Virus record (IMG/VR): IMGVR_UViG_3300024308_000006
Coordinates: 1 to 64,000 of that record
Source: a virus
Length of the DNA stretch: 64,000 nt
Direction: 5' to 3' (one strand)
The position numbers and the translations under genes are program-made. The notes below the pieces were generated by a model. The model ran no database searches, was not told the origin of the DNA, and saw only the letters and a program-made list of their open reading frames with translations. Below are positions 1-10,500 of this stretch, one piece after another (within the stretch, counting starts at the first letter, position 1; the number at the start of each line of letters is the position of its first letter).

Positions 1-6
1 TTTGTT

Positions 7-56
7 TGGTAGGCACAATTGGACTCGAACCAACGACCCCCACCATGTCAAGATGG
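7..56 (-). tRNA. 3' fragment of tRNA-Val(GAC), the prophage att core (not a complete tRNA)
   Basis: The reverse complement reads CCATC-TTGACAT-GGTGG-GGGTC-GTTGG-TTCGAGT-CCAAT-TGTGCCT-A-CCA: anticodon arm (GAC), variable loop, T arm, 3' acceptor strand and CCA. It closely resembles the E. coli valW 3' half as I recall it. Positions 57-83 show no D arm and no proper 5' acceptor strand. Confidence 0.7.
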
Positions 57-217
57 CGGCGAGTCACGCCTAACCTATTGAAACGCAAGGAAAAAGGGCT
101 GTTTCCCGGCGCCTAAAAACCCGGCAAAAGTACACGAAATATCAATAACTTACGACCTGTATTTTCCTACAGTAGTCGTCACCGCCGGGGCGTTCGCCAT
201 ATCAAACACGCCTGCTT

Positions 218-724
218 TCAAGGCATCAGCCTGGCCCGACACGAACTGTAGGCCGCGCTCAGCGTCTCGACTTCACTCAGGGCTGCGCTAAGGCGTCGAG
301 TATTTTCTGCCGGTAGTACCCCGTAGGCCGAGCCGGCGTCTCCTGCACGATCTTCGGTGCTGGCGGCTGCGTTACCTGCGGCGCCTCCACTACAACTCCC
401 GGCTGGGCCGGTGACGATCCGCACCCGCACAGGGCGAGACTCAAGCTCGCCAGCAAGGCGGTCAATTTCAGCTTTCGCATCTGCATCCTTCCTCTCTTGA
501 TCAGCCGCGGCCCTGTCGAGCGCCGCCTGCTTCATGTCACGCTCCGCAGTCAGTTCTGCCAGCCTCTGCTTGGCCTGCCGAGTCTGCTGCTCCACCTGGC
601 CAGCCAGCTCGCCGTACTCGCGCAGCATTGAGGCTCGCCCCGCTAAATGCCCCATGCCCACCAGCAGCACCACCACTGCGGCGGACAGAAGAGCCCCCAC
701 GATCCACTCCCTAAATTTCTCCAT
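218..724 (-). CDS. Rz: i-spanin (Rz-like), 168 aa
   Basis: N-terminal TM segment (WIVGALLSAAVVVLLVG) followed by a coiled-coil periplasmic part. It lies directly downstream of the endolysin and contains an embedded lipoprotein ORF. Confidence 0.8.
   Translation of the reverse strand: MEKFREWIVGALLSAAVVVLLVGMGHLAGRASMLREYGELAGQVEQQTRQAKQRLAELTAERDMKQAALDRAAADQERKDADAKAEIDRLAGELESRPVRVRIVTGPAGSCSGGAAGNAAASTEDRAGDAGSAYGVLPAENTRRLSAALSEVETLSAAYSSCRARLMP
277..486 (-). CDS. Rz1: o-spanin (Rz1-like lipoprotein), 69 aa, embedded in the Rz frame
   Basis: Signal peptide plus lipobox (LSLALCGC) and a Pro-rich mature part. The ORF lies entirely inside Rz in another frame, the classical embedded spanin architecture. 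Confidence 0.75.
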   Translation of the reverse strand: MQMRKLKLTALLASLSLALCGCGSSPAQPGVVVEAPQVTQPPAPKIVQETPARPTGYYRQKILDALAQP

Positions 725-727
725 GAC

Positions 728-1249
728 TCACCCCTGGGCGGCAATGCACTGCGCATGCCGCTGTAGCTGGCGCGTCCACACGCCTTTGCAGCCTTTCGGC
801 CCCCAGTTCTGCGGCAGCTTGCAGTCGCGGCCGGCTTGAAAGCGCCACTTGAGCAACGCATCACAAGCGGCCCGGTAATCCCCCGCCTGCAAGCTGCGGC
901 GCATGGATGACTGGCGCCAGTTACCAATGCCGTACTGTCCGGTGAAGTCGAGGTAAAGGTCATACTCGGCCTGGAACAACTTGACGCCAGGGATAGAGGC
1001 GCGAAATTGCTGCTCATCTTTGGCCATCAGGTTGCGCGCCAGTTGTTCGGCGCGCTGCGGGGTGATCGGCTTGTCAGTGAGCTTTACCGGCGTGCCGTCC
1101 TCGTAGCGGGTGGAGCCGTGGCCAATGGTCGGAACGTCGCCCACCGTCGGGATATAGGGTGTCGGGCTGTAGCCCTCGCTGGCCTTCCAGGCACCAAAGC
1201 CCGCTAGGCTGATTGTCAGCGCCGTGGCCAGCACCCGCTGGCGGCTCAT
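728..1249 (-). CDS. Endolysin, GH24 lysozyme with SAR-type N-terminus, 173 aa
   Basis: Weakly hydrophobic Gly/Ala-rich N-terminus (VLATALTISLAGFGAW) followed by the EG...GD.PTIGHG lysozyme catalytic motif. The gene sits between the holin and the spanins. Confidence 0.85.
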   Translation of the reverse strand: MSRQRVLATALTISLAGFGAWKASEGYSPTPYIPTVGDVPTIGHGSTRYEDGTPVKLTDKPITPQRAEQLARNLMAKDEQQFRASIPGVKLFQAEYDLYLDFTGQYGIGNWRQSSMRRSLQAGDYRAACDALLKWRFQAGRDCKLPQNWGPKGCKGVWTRQLQRHAQCIAAQG

Positions 1250-1527
1250 GCGTCGCAGCGCCCGCGCAAGGCTTCCATGCGCAACTGATGCTCACGCTCT
1301 TCGCGCCAGCGTCGCTCGTCTCGCTCAGCCTGCTCGCGTTGGTCCCGGCGGCGCTGGAAGTACAGGTTGACGGCAAAGCCGGCCAAGGCAATCGCTACGC
1401 CGGCCCAGCCAATCCAGTTCACTGACATCAGCCAGCCGGTGAAGCCGGCAGCGGCCCCCACCTGTGTGACCTTATTGGCGACTGCTGCGCCGACTACTTC
1501 ATTTGCGATTCCAGCCCTGTCAGCCAT
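1246..1527 (-). CDS. Holin (two-TM, possibly pinholin-like), 93 aa
   Basis: I used the internal ATG at 1527 (MADRAGIANE...) because it has a GGAAAGGGTGG Shine-Dalgarno (SD) region. The protein has two hydrophobic segments and a highly charged C-terminus, and its end overlaps the endolysin start by 4 nt. The longer ORF in the track (to 1743) overlaps the giant gene. Confidence 0.7.
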   Translation of the reverse strand: MADRAGIANEVVGAAVANKVTQVGAAAGFTGWLMSVNWIGWAGVAIALAGFAVNLYFQRRRDQREQAERDERRWREEREHQLRMEALRGRCDA

Positions 1528-1605
1528 GCGGCCACCCTTTCCAAAGATGCTAGGGCGCCATGCCCTGGTCGTTGGCGTGGAGTCTTGGCCACCCTCCGAT
1601 GGCGG

Positions 1606-1623
1606 CCAAGCTCTACAGGGGTC
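1606..1623 (-). promoter_or_regulatory. Degenerate copy of the conserved late-region motif (coding strand GACCCCTGTAGAGCTTGG)
   Basis: Lies directly after the giant-gene stop codon (1628-1630) and 79 nt upstream of the holin ATG. Compare the copies at 18617, 37387 and 44683. Confidence 0.45.
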
Positions 1624-1627
1624 GGCC

Positions 1628-4500
1628 CTATTCCTCGATGGTGGCGCGCACCCTGGCGAAGTCCTCCCGCAGTTGCTGACGCATAGCGCGCGGCGCGGTG
1701 TCGGCGATACGCTGATCCTTCGACTTGCCCATTTCACGCACACGACGCATCACGTCCGGCACGCTGATGCGCATCGGCTGATCCGGGTTCTTGGCGTTCC
1801 AGTCAGCCACAGCCGCGCGCGCGTCCTGCACCTTGGCCGGGTCTTTCTCAAACACGCCCTGCGCCCACAGCGCGCGAATCTCCTGGGCGCGCATGTTGTA
1901 GAACGCCTTGCTGCGCTGCCCCAGCCAGTTGGCCTCCTGAATGGATGCCACGCTCTGCGGCTGGAAGCCCACCGCTTTCAGCGCTGCCTCCAGGGTGTTG
2001 GTGTCGAGCACCTTGTACCCTTTGTCGTCGCGGTACATGTCGGTGGCCGCCATATCTGCGCCCTTGGCCAGGTTCCGCACGGCAGTCGGCGAGACTTCCA
2101 GTAGGCCGCCTGCCAGATCACCGCTCGCAGCCTTGTGCGCGCCAGAAATCATGCGCTTGACCAGATCGCCGGCCGGGCCTGCAATCTCCAGCACGTCGCG
2201 GGAATGGTCGTCACGCTGCTGCAGCAGGCCGGTGCCAGGGATCAGGTTGCCCATACCCAGGCGGCCAGACACATCGAGCGGCGCGCCCGGCAAGCCGGTG
2301 ACACCCTTGTCGATGAAGCGTGCGATGTCGTCGCCGAACACGTCGATCAGGAACTGCTCCTTGGCCTTCTGCGTGGAGAAGTTGTAACCGGCCAGCTGCG
2401 CCATCCCGTCGATCAGGTCTTCGGCGTCCTCGGCGAACGGCAGGCCGCCGGCGCCGCCCAGCAGCATCAAGGTGGCAATCATCAACAATGCAGCCTTGCG
2501 CCCGTCCTTGCGCTCTTGGCTGCCGGCCTCGCCCTGATTCCAAAGGCGCCCCATCAGTTCCAAGTAGGCCACCGAGTACGTCTTGAAGGTCATCAGCGTC
2601 GAGCCCACGGCACCGCGGCCCCAGCGCATTTTCGAGGCTTTCGAGTAGATGAACTGGGTTTCGCGCACGGCCAGGCGGGCAAAGGCGGCCGGGTCTGCGT
2701 TGCCTTGCGCCTTGGCGATCCGGTAGGCAGCTATGAAGGTCATGCGCCGGTTCACTTCCTCGGCTGCGCCGAACATCTTGCCCCAGGCCAGAGACAGGCG
2801 AGCCAACGAGTTGGATGCCAGCGCGCGGGCATCGCCTGCTCGGGTGCCGTCTCCAGCGCGCAGGCCGCCCGTACCACTGGCCTGGGCCATCAGCTGGTGA
2901 ACTTCCTGCGGGCTGACCGTGCCGTCTTCCTCGGCCAGGTGCAGCGCCTTGGCCAGGTCGGCTTCGTACCGGTAGCCCTTGGTCGCCATCTGCTTGGCGG
3001 CCTTGCTCAGCTCGCCGGCAGCCTGCTTGGCACCGCCATACTGGCTCAACCAGGGGAACGTCACCGCCACCGGCTGCGTCATGTTGACGAATGCCGAGGC
3101 CACCGAGCCGCCCAGGTACTGGGCGAACAGCAGGCCGCGCAGCGCTTGCGCTTCTTCCTGCGGGTTCTTGATGTAGTCAGCCAGGCGCACGGCGGCGTCT
3201 TTCAGCTCGCCCTGCCCCTGCGGGATCGCGTTGACCGCCTCCGACAGATCGCCCATGTTCAAGCCGGCGGCAGTCTGCCGGGCGTTGGAGTAGACGAACG
3301 ACGCCAGCACGCGGCCCACGTCCTCGCTGTAACCGGCGATGCCCTGGCGGTGGATCAGGCGCTTCATCGCCGAGCGATTGGTCTTGGTCAGTTTCAGATA
3401 GTCCTGAAACACCTTGTCCCGCTCACTGTCACCCGAAGAGTCGAGGCCCATCGCGTTACCGAAGAGCTCCAGGGTTTCCGGGGTGATACCGGCAAACAGC
3501 TTGAAGGCTTCTTCGGACAGGGTGCCCTGGCTGATGGTCGAGCCAGGGAAGGCGGCCTTCATCTGCTCGGCCATCAGGTTGGCTTCGCGCTTGGTTTCAA
3601 ACAGGCTGAAATACTGGCGCTCGCCGTCCGCCCCCACCATGTCCACGGTGTACTTGCCGAAACGCGACAGCGGCGCGTAGCCCTCGGCCTGCAGCTGGGT
3701 GATCCGCTCGACGCGCTCGTTGATGCCCTGCGCCGTGTCCAGCAGGCTCATGGCTCGCTCAGGCTGGGCATCGGCCAACTGTGCCAGGTGATCACGCAGG
3801 ATCAGGCCGGCTTCTTTCACATCGGCAGCATCCATCACCTGCTCACGCAGACCTTTCACGTCCTCGCCACCGAAGCGCAGCATGTCGGCTCGTGCCATCG
3901 TGTCCAGGCTGCGGTTGGTGGCGCCGCGGAACTCGCGGTACAGCTCGATCTGACCGTCAGTCAGGTGCCACATGGAGCGCAGCTCGGCATCCGTCCAGAC
4001 AATGCCTGGCTTGAGCGACTGGGTTTCGTAGCGGCTATCCACCATCTTGGCGAACTGCTCGGCGCCCTGCCCGCGCCAGGCTGCCAGCATGCTTGCCGAC
4101 AGCTTGCCCTGCTTGACCAGAATGTCCGCCTTCTGCTCGGCGGTCAGCCCCATCGCACGCTCGGCCAGGGAATCGACACGCACCGGCTTGCCGTCTTCAT
4201 CGCGCGCCCACATCAGCGTGCCCTCGAAGATCGGCGCGGAAATGGCCTTGTTGTCCTTGGCCTGCACTGGCGACTTGGCGATGTCGCGCCAGGTTTCCAG
4301 CTTCGGCAGCAGCTTCGGCGCCAACTCGGCGGCGTCACTGGCGTAGTGGCTCACGTCGTCGATGAAGCCCTGCGCCGCCTCGAACACCGGCTTGAAGTGC
4401 GGAGAGCGCTGCGCCAGGTTGTACATGGTGCCCACGGTCTTGTGCCACCACGACAGGCCGCCCGGTGCCGAGAAGGTGCGGTTGAGCTCCTGAGTGGCGC
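1628..4500 (-). other. C-terminal PLxRFG-type module with hydrophobic segments (probable ejection or membrane-acting part)
   Basis: GYAPLSRFGKY, with PLSRFG encoded at 3656-3673. Downstream are hydrophobic stretches (AALLMIATLMLLGGAGGLPF; LFAQYLGGSVASAFVNM). Confidence 0.5.
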
Positions 4501-7500
4501 GGCTAGCGAAGTCACGCACGGCCGAGCGGCTAAAGCGGATGTCCGGGTCAAATTCGTCGAAGTCACCGTTGTTATCGGTGGCCGACTTGACCTGATAGTT
4601 GTTGAAGGCGATCCACACCGGAGTCCCTTTCAGGCGAATGCCGTCATACCCCTGCTGCTCCAGGCGCGTGCGCAGGCGGCGCGCTTCCAGCGGGCTTTCC
4701 ACCTCCTGCGATTCCTCCACGCTCATCAGGTAGGGGTTCTGAATCGAGGCGTACAAGTCCATGACGCGGCCGTAGCCGGGCATGCCGTCGCTGGCTTTCT
4801 CCGCGTAGTTCTGCGCGGCGCGGCGGTCGGACGACATAAAGATGCCCAGCGCCGACGTAGCATGGCCGGTCGCTGAGCCAGCTCGGCCCTGGTCAAACAC
4901 GGTGAAGTCAGCAGCGGTGCCGTGGTACAGGTTCAGCGGTTGGCCGTCAGCGCCAACCACCTTGCTCTTGCCGAACCAGCGGCGGAAAGCCTCGGTGTCG
5001 GTCTGCGCGCCGCGTCGCTGCTTGGCTTCGCTATCGAAGGTCTGGCGCGGGCGACTGCCGTTGCGGATACCCTTGGAAATGACCTCAATCTCGCGCAGCA
5101 ATTCGCGGCGGGTGATGATGCCTTTCTTGTAGCCGAACACCTTGCGCAGCAAGCGGGTCAGCAGGCTATACAGCAGGTCGGCGAGCTTTTCTTTGCCGCT
5201 GCGCTCACCTTCGGCCAGGCGCGCAAACACTTCCTCGGCCTGTACGCTGTCGGATTTATCGCTGTATAGGCGTGAGATTTCAGACCACACCACTTTCAGG
5301 GTGGGGTCATCTTTACTGGCTAGGATTTTGTCGAGAAGAGCTTGCTTATCCGCTGGCGCAAACGTGTCCAGACCGTAGTGCCCGAGTAGTTCGTGACGAA
5401 GTGTCTCGACGGTATCGGCGACGGACGACAGATGATCGGCGGTAAGGGTAAATAGTCCTCGTCCGGGGTGGTAGGCGCCTTTGACGACTCCGATTTTGGC
5501 GATTGATCCTGGCCCGTAGAGTTCATCCTGCGTCTTCCTGATCCGGTAGCTGAGTTCGATGTGACCATTGTAGTCCGCCAGGAACCGCTCGGCAGCCGCG
5601 ATAGCCTCGTCCAGGGTCAGCGGATTGGCCGGCGCCTTCCCCGTCACCACGCTGGATTGTGACAAACCGGCCGTTTCTACCGGCGACTGCCGGCTGAATA
5701 GCACCTCGTCCTTGCCCGCAAAGGCTTTGTCGTACTCGGCATAGAGCTGGTCAACCGCCTCCAGGCGCTGAAAACGGCTGTCTAGCCAGGTCGATAGCTT
5801 GTGCTCCAGCACGCCGTCGCCGGTTTTCTCATACAGCGCCTTGAGCATCCCCTGCAGGAAATCCTCGTCCGCGCGGTTGTCGTTGTTCGCCGCGACCCGC
5901 GCCCGCACGGCCGCACGGCGCGCGCTGTCGGCGGTGATGCCCGAGGTGTCGGTGGCCGGCTTGTCGATCACCACCATGCGCGCGTTGACAGCAGTGTTGA
6001 CCGGCAGCGCGGCATCCATAAAGGAGTTTTCCGGCAAGCGCTCGCTGGTCGCGCCCAGGTCATCTAGCCAGGCACGGAAGCCCTCGGCCGCCGAATTGCT
6101 CTGGAAGAATGCCCCCTCACCCATGATCGCCACCAGGCGCCCGCCAGGCTTGAGCAGGCTATAGGCGTGCTGGACGTGCTGAATATCCCGGCCCTTGCTG
6201 AAAGGTGGGTTCATCACGATGCGGTCGTAACCGCTCCACGACCCGCGCTGCTCGATGCCGGTAAGCTCATCGCGGTCATACCAGCCGAGCATTTTGCCTT
6301 CACTGCCATCCTCGTTGATCGCGTGCAGGCTGGCGCGCCCGCTCCAGGCGGCACCGCCGTGCATGATGCCCTTGGTGCCGTCCGGCGCCTGGAAAATATC
6401 GCCGAAGGTGTAGAAGGTACGCGGCTGCATAGCCATGAAGTCATCGCCGGCCAGGTGGTAGCCCTTGGCCTGGAGCAGTTCGCGGCGCTCACCGGACAGC
6501 TCAACCACGTCAGGCTCCACTCCAGTTTTCTCACGGATCGCGTCGGCAATATGGCCCATGCCGGCGGACGGCTCCAGCACCCCCATGCCTTCGGCAATCT
6601 CGGCCGCCTCCAGCATGGCATCCACCACCGCCTCACTGGTCGGGAAGAAGTCGAGGCCATCGCTGCGCCGGCCAATCATGGCCCGCTCCATCTGCTTGAT
6701 CTTGTCCGGGGTCGCCATGGCCTGCTGCAACTCGGCGAACTCGCGCAGGGCGGCCCGGTATTCGCTGCCGGTGTAGATGCCCATGCCTTCCAGGCGCTTG
6801 CGCTTGGCGTGGACGGTTTCGAGCTGCCACGGCAGCTTGATCTTGCTGCCTGCGCGGCGGCCAACGGCCTCGACAATCTCGCGTCCGAAGTCGCCAGACA
6901 GGTCGATGCGCTTGTCGTCGCCCTGCCAGACGCCTTGCTTCATCGCCTCGGACGGCGACAGCACGATGCGGTTCACGCCGCGTTTGAGCGGCAGCACGAT
7001 GGCGCGGTCGCTCAGGTTGGCGCGGCGAATGGCGCGTTCGGCGTCGTCGCGGCTGGCAAACTCGGCGAGCTGATCGCCACGGCCGAAGCGACTCACGCTC
7101 AGTAGGTTGTTCTTCGCCCACTCCACATAGGCGTCGCTCACGTCGTCGGCCACCTTGAGCAGGCGCTGCCCAAGGTTTTTAAGGCCGTCCACTTCGATCA
7201 TCTGCCGGGCAATGCCGGCCAGGTCGGAGCGCATGCCGCCGTAGGTCGGGAAGGCCGAGTAATCGACCGTCTCGTCGTCAATAGGCTGGCCCCGGTGCCG
7301 CTCTTGGTCGGCATAGCTCGGGTACTTGGCGCGAATCTGCGCGTCCTTGGCGTTGCGCAGTTCGGCATTCAGGAACTCGACTTGCACCTTCTGACGCACA
7401 AGATCAAGGAACTTGGCTTTGCCGCTTTCAATGGCGTCGGCGATGTTGCTCATGGTGCCCGCCAGCGCCTTGTTGGCGTTCGCGGCGCCCTCAGCGGCCG

Positions 7501-10500
7501 AAGCCATGCGCGCCCGGCGTGCGGTGTTGACCTTGCGGTCACGCCCCAATTCTTCCTCGGCGCGCTCATTCAGCGCTGCGGCCATAGTGCGCAGGCGCTC
7601 AACGGCCGACTGGCTACGGTCATCCTCGAAGGCGTCGCGGCGTGCCTGGGCGACCTCCTGGGCGGCCGTTGTGTCACCGGCTACCAGTTTGCGGAACGCC
7701 TCGGCGGCCTCGCGGGTACGGAACTGGAAGCCAGGAATGGCACCATTGCCGCGATAACTGCTGTAGCTGCCGCCCATTCTCTTGGCCGAGCTGTTCAGGG
7801 TGTCGTAGTCGTCGCGGCTTACGCGCTCCTCCAGCTTGACGACGAACAGGTCATGCCCGTGCTTGGTGTGCTTGGTGGCAATCACCTCGCCGGCGGTGGT
7901 GTTGCCGGCACTGGCAATCTTGGTGCGCTGCTTGGCCTTGGCCTGGTCGCGCGCCTCGCGGGTGCTCTCGGCCTCCAGGGCGTCATAGCGGCGGCGTTGC
8001 TCGGGGGTCAGGCGTAGGTACGCCTCGCGGCGCGTCTCGGCGTGGCGCTCGGCGTTGTAGGTGATCGCACTGCGGAACTCGGCCAGGGTCTGCGGGTCGG
8101 TCAGCGCCTTCTGCGTGGCCTCCTTGCGCGACTCGCGCTCTTTGCGCAGCTCGGCCACCTCGGCCGCGTACTGGCTCAAGGCGTCGGCGTCGGTGCCGGC
8201 CACCAGATCGCGCAGCGCCTGGGCCTTGGCCTGGCGGTGCGACTCCATGCCGGCCGCCGTCATCATGTAGCTGGTCGGGCCGTAGGACTTGCCCAGCGCG
8301 TACTCGTCCAGCATCGAGCGATACAAGGCTTCGACTACGCGGTCTTTCTTCTCGGACTTGTAGCGGTGGTAGAAGTGAACGCCGCCGGCGCGCAGCAGCT
8401 TCTCCTTGTTCATGCTGTTCAGCTCGGCCAGGATCACCTCGCGGTTGCCCTCGACCTGAGCGAAGGCTGCGCGGAATGCCTCGGCCTCGATCTTGCCGTC
8501 GCGCGCCTGCTCCATGGCATCCTCGTGCGCCTGCAACAGCGGCATCTTGCTGTCAGCCTTGGTCGGCGCCTGCTCTTGATCCTGCGCCTCCTGGGCGGCC
8601 TCGGTGGCGGCCTCGGCGCGCACGGCATTGACCAGCTCGCGCACCCTGCGCTTGGATTCCGGCACGCTCTCGCCGCGCTTGCGGTCACGGAACAGTGCCG
8701 CCAGGTCGAACTTGTCGTCGAGCAGGGTGCTGCCATCTATAGGCTTGAGCTTGATGCTGGTCGGGTAGCCGTCGCGGCCCTTGTTCACGCCATCGAGCAC
8801 GGCGGTCTTGGTGATCGCCACCGGCTCGCCGCCCTTCTTCCACGACAGGATTTTGCGCATTAACGTCAGATCGGCATCGCGCTCTTTCTGCGCCTTGTCC
8901 TCGCGGGCTTGGTCGGCTGCTGCCTGGTCGGCGGCTTTCTCGGCCTCGGTGCGCGCGTCGAGCGCGGCCTTGCGGGCCTTGTGCGTGTTCGCGCTCTGCC
9001 AGGCGGTGAAGGTTTCAATCGCGCGGTCGTAGGCGTTATTACGCTGGTTGGCCTGCTTGCCGTTCAGTCCAGACCGCCCCGCCACATGACCGCTGTAGGT
9101 GCCGGCCCGGACGCTCATCAGGCGGCGGTAGTTGGCCAGGTACTCGACACGCAGATCGGCGACCGCCTGAGCGACCGCCGCTTTCTGTGCGTCGGTGTGC
9201 GCTACGGCCAGGCCCGACTCGCGGGCGTCGTCGATGTAGCGCGCGTATTCCTCGGCATCGGCCTTGGCGCGGGCGCTGCCGCTGTGCGAGATACCCGAGT
9301 AGCTGTCAGCGGCCTCTTTCAGCGGGAAGTCGGCGGCGGCGTCATCTTGCGCGGCGTCGGCCGGCTGCGCCGTGGCGGCCTGCTCCACCTCGCGGATCAG
9401 GTCTGCCATGTCCTTGATACCGTGAATGGTCGGATGCTGGCCACGCCAGTTCCCGGTATTGGTCAGATACCAGCCGGGCATATCCTGACGAACAGTCCAG
9501 TCCTGCCCGTCAATGCTCACCACGTCACCCTCAAGGTACGGATTGAGCATGGACACGACGCGCGGATCGCGGCGCGACCCTGGGCGCTCCGCGCCGGCGC
9601 CCGTTGCCCTGGTGACGGAACCAAGCACCGGCTGATTGCGCAGCGCCTCGGTAGTCCGGTAGATCATCTGTTCGCGGGTCAGCGCATAGCTCAGCGGCTT
9701 GTCATCGGCCTTCTTCCACGGCGCCGGGACGGTTTGATCGTCAGGGACGAACCGGGCAATGCCGTTACGCCCGCTCGCTTCGGGCAGCACATACAGATAC
9801 AGCGGCGTCTGGTTGGTGAGCTGGACAGGTGTAATCGCGTTCACGGCATCGGTGGCCAGCATGCCAGATATGGCGCGGTAGGCGTCCGCCTTGCCCTCTC
9901 GCTGCTCCTTGGTCAGCGCGATGCCTTCCTGCGGCAGTTCGGTATGCCACATTTGCGGCGCCGCGTCGGCCTCCACCGGCTCGACCTTGCCCGCCGGCCC
10001 AGCTTTCAGTTCCCGAGCTTCCGGCAGGGTCGAATGGTTGCGCTCGCGCTCGCCTGGCTTATCGATCCACTCGCCGTCCTGCTTGACCACCGCTCGCACG
10101 GTGACGCTCCAATGGCCGTCCTTGTCCGGCGCCTGGTAGCTCACCACCCGGTCGAAGTTGCCGCCGTAACTGGGCACCACGTTGCCCGGCGCGAAGTAGT
10201 CGGCTACGGCCTGAGCCTTGGCCTCGGCCGCCTTCTCCATGACGCTGCGCTTGCTCTCGGGCTTGGCAGCCGGCGTGTCCGTCACCGCTTCCAGCTGAAT
10301 GCGCCGAGCCGGGTGCTCGCTAAACCGCTTCTTGAACTTGATCGCCTGGTCTTGCGTCATCGGCTCGCCGAACGACAGGTACTCTTTAGCGCCGGTGCGT
10401 TCGTTGATAGCGACCACTTGGAAGCGCGCAGCGGCAGCGCCGCTCTCTGCCTTCACCTCTTTGGCGCGCTCGACCACGCTCTTGGGCTTCACCTCGGCCT

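Noticed and set aside
7-83. A complete but D-arm-less tRNA: AGGCGTG at 66-72 could pair with the 3' acceptor strand through three G.U pairs.
   Set aside because: Only 9 nt separate that segment from the anticodon stem, so no D arm is possible. Bacterial elongator tRNAs are not built this way, and the prophage-junction explanation is simpler.
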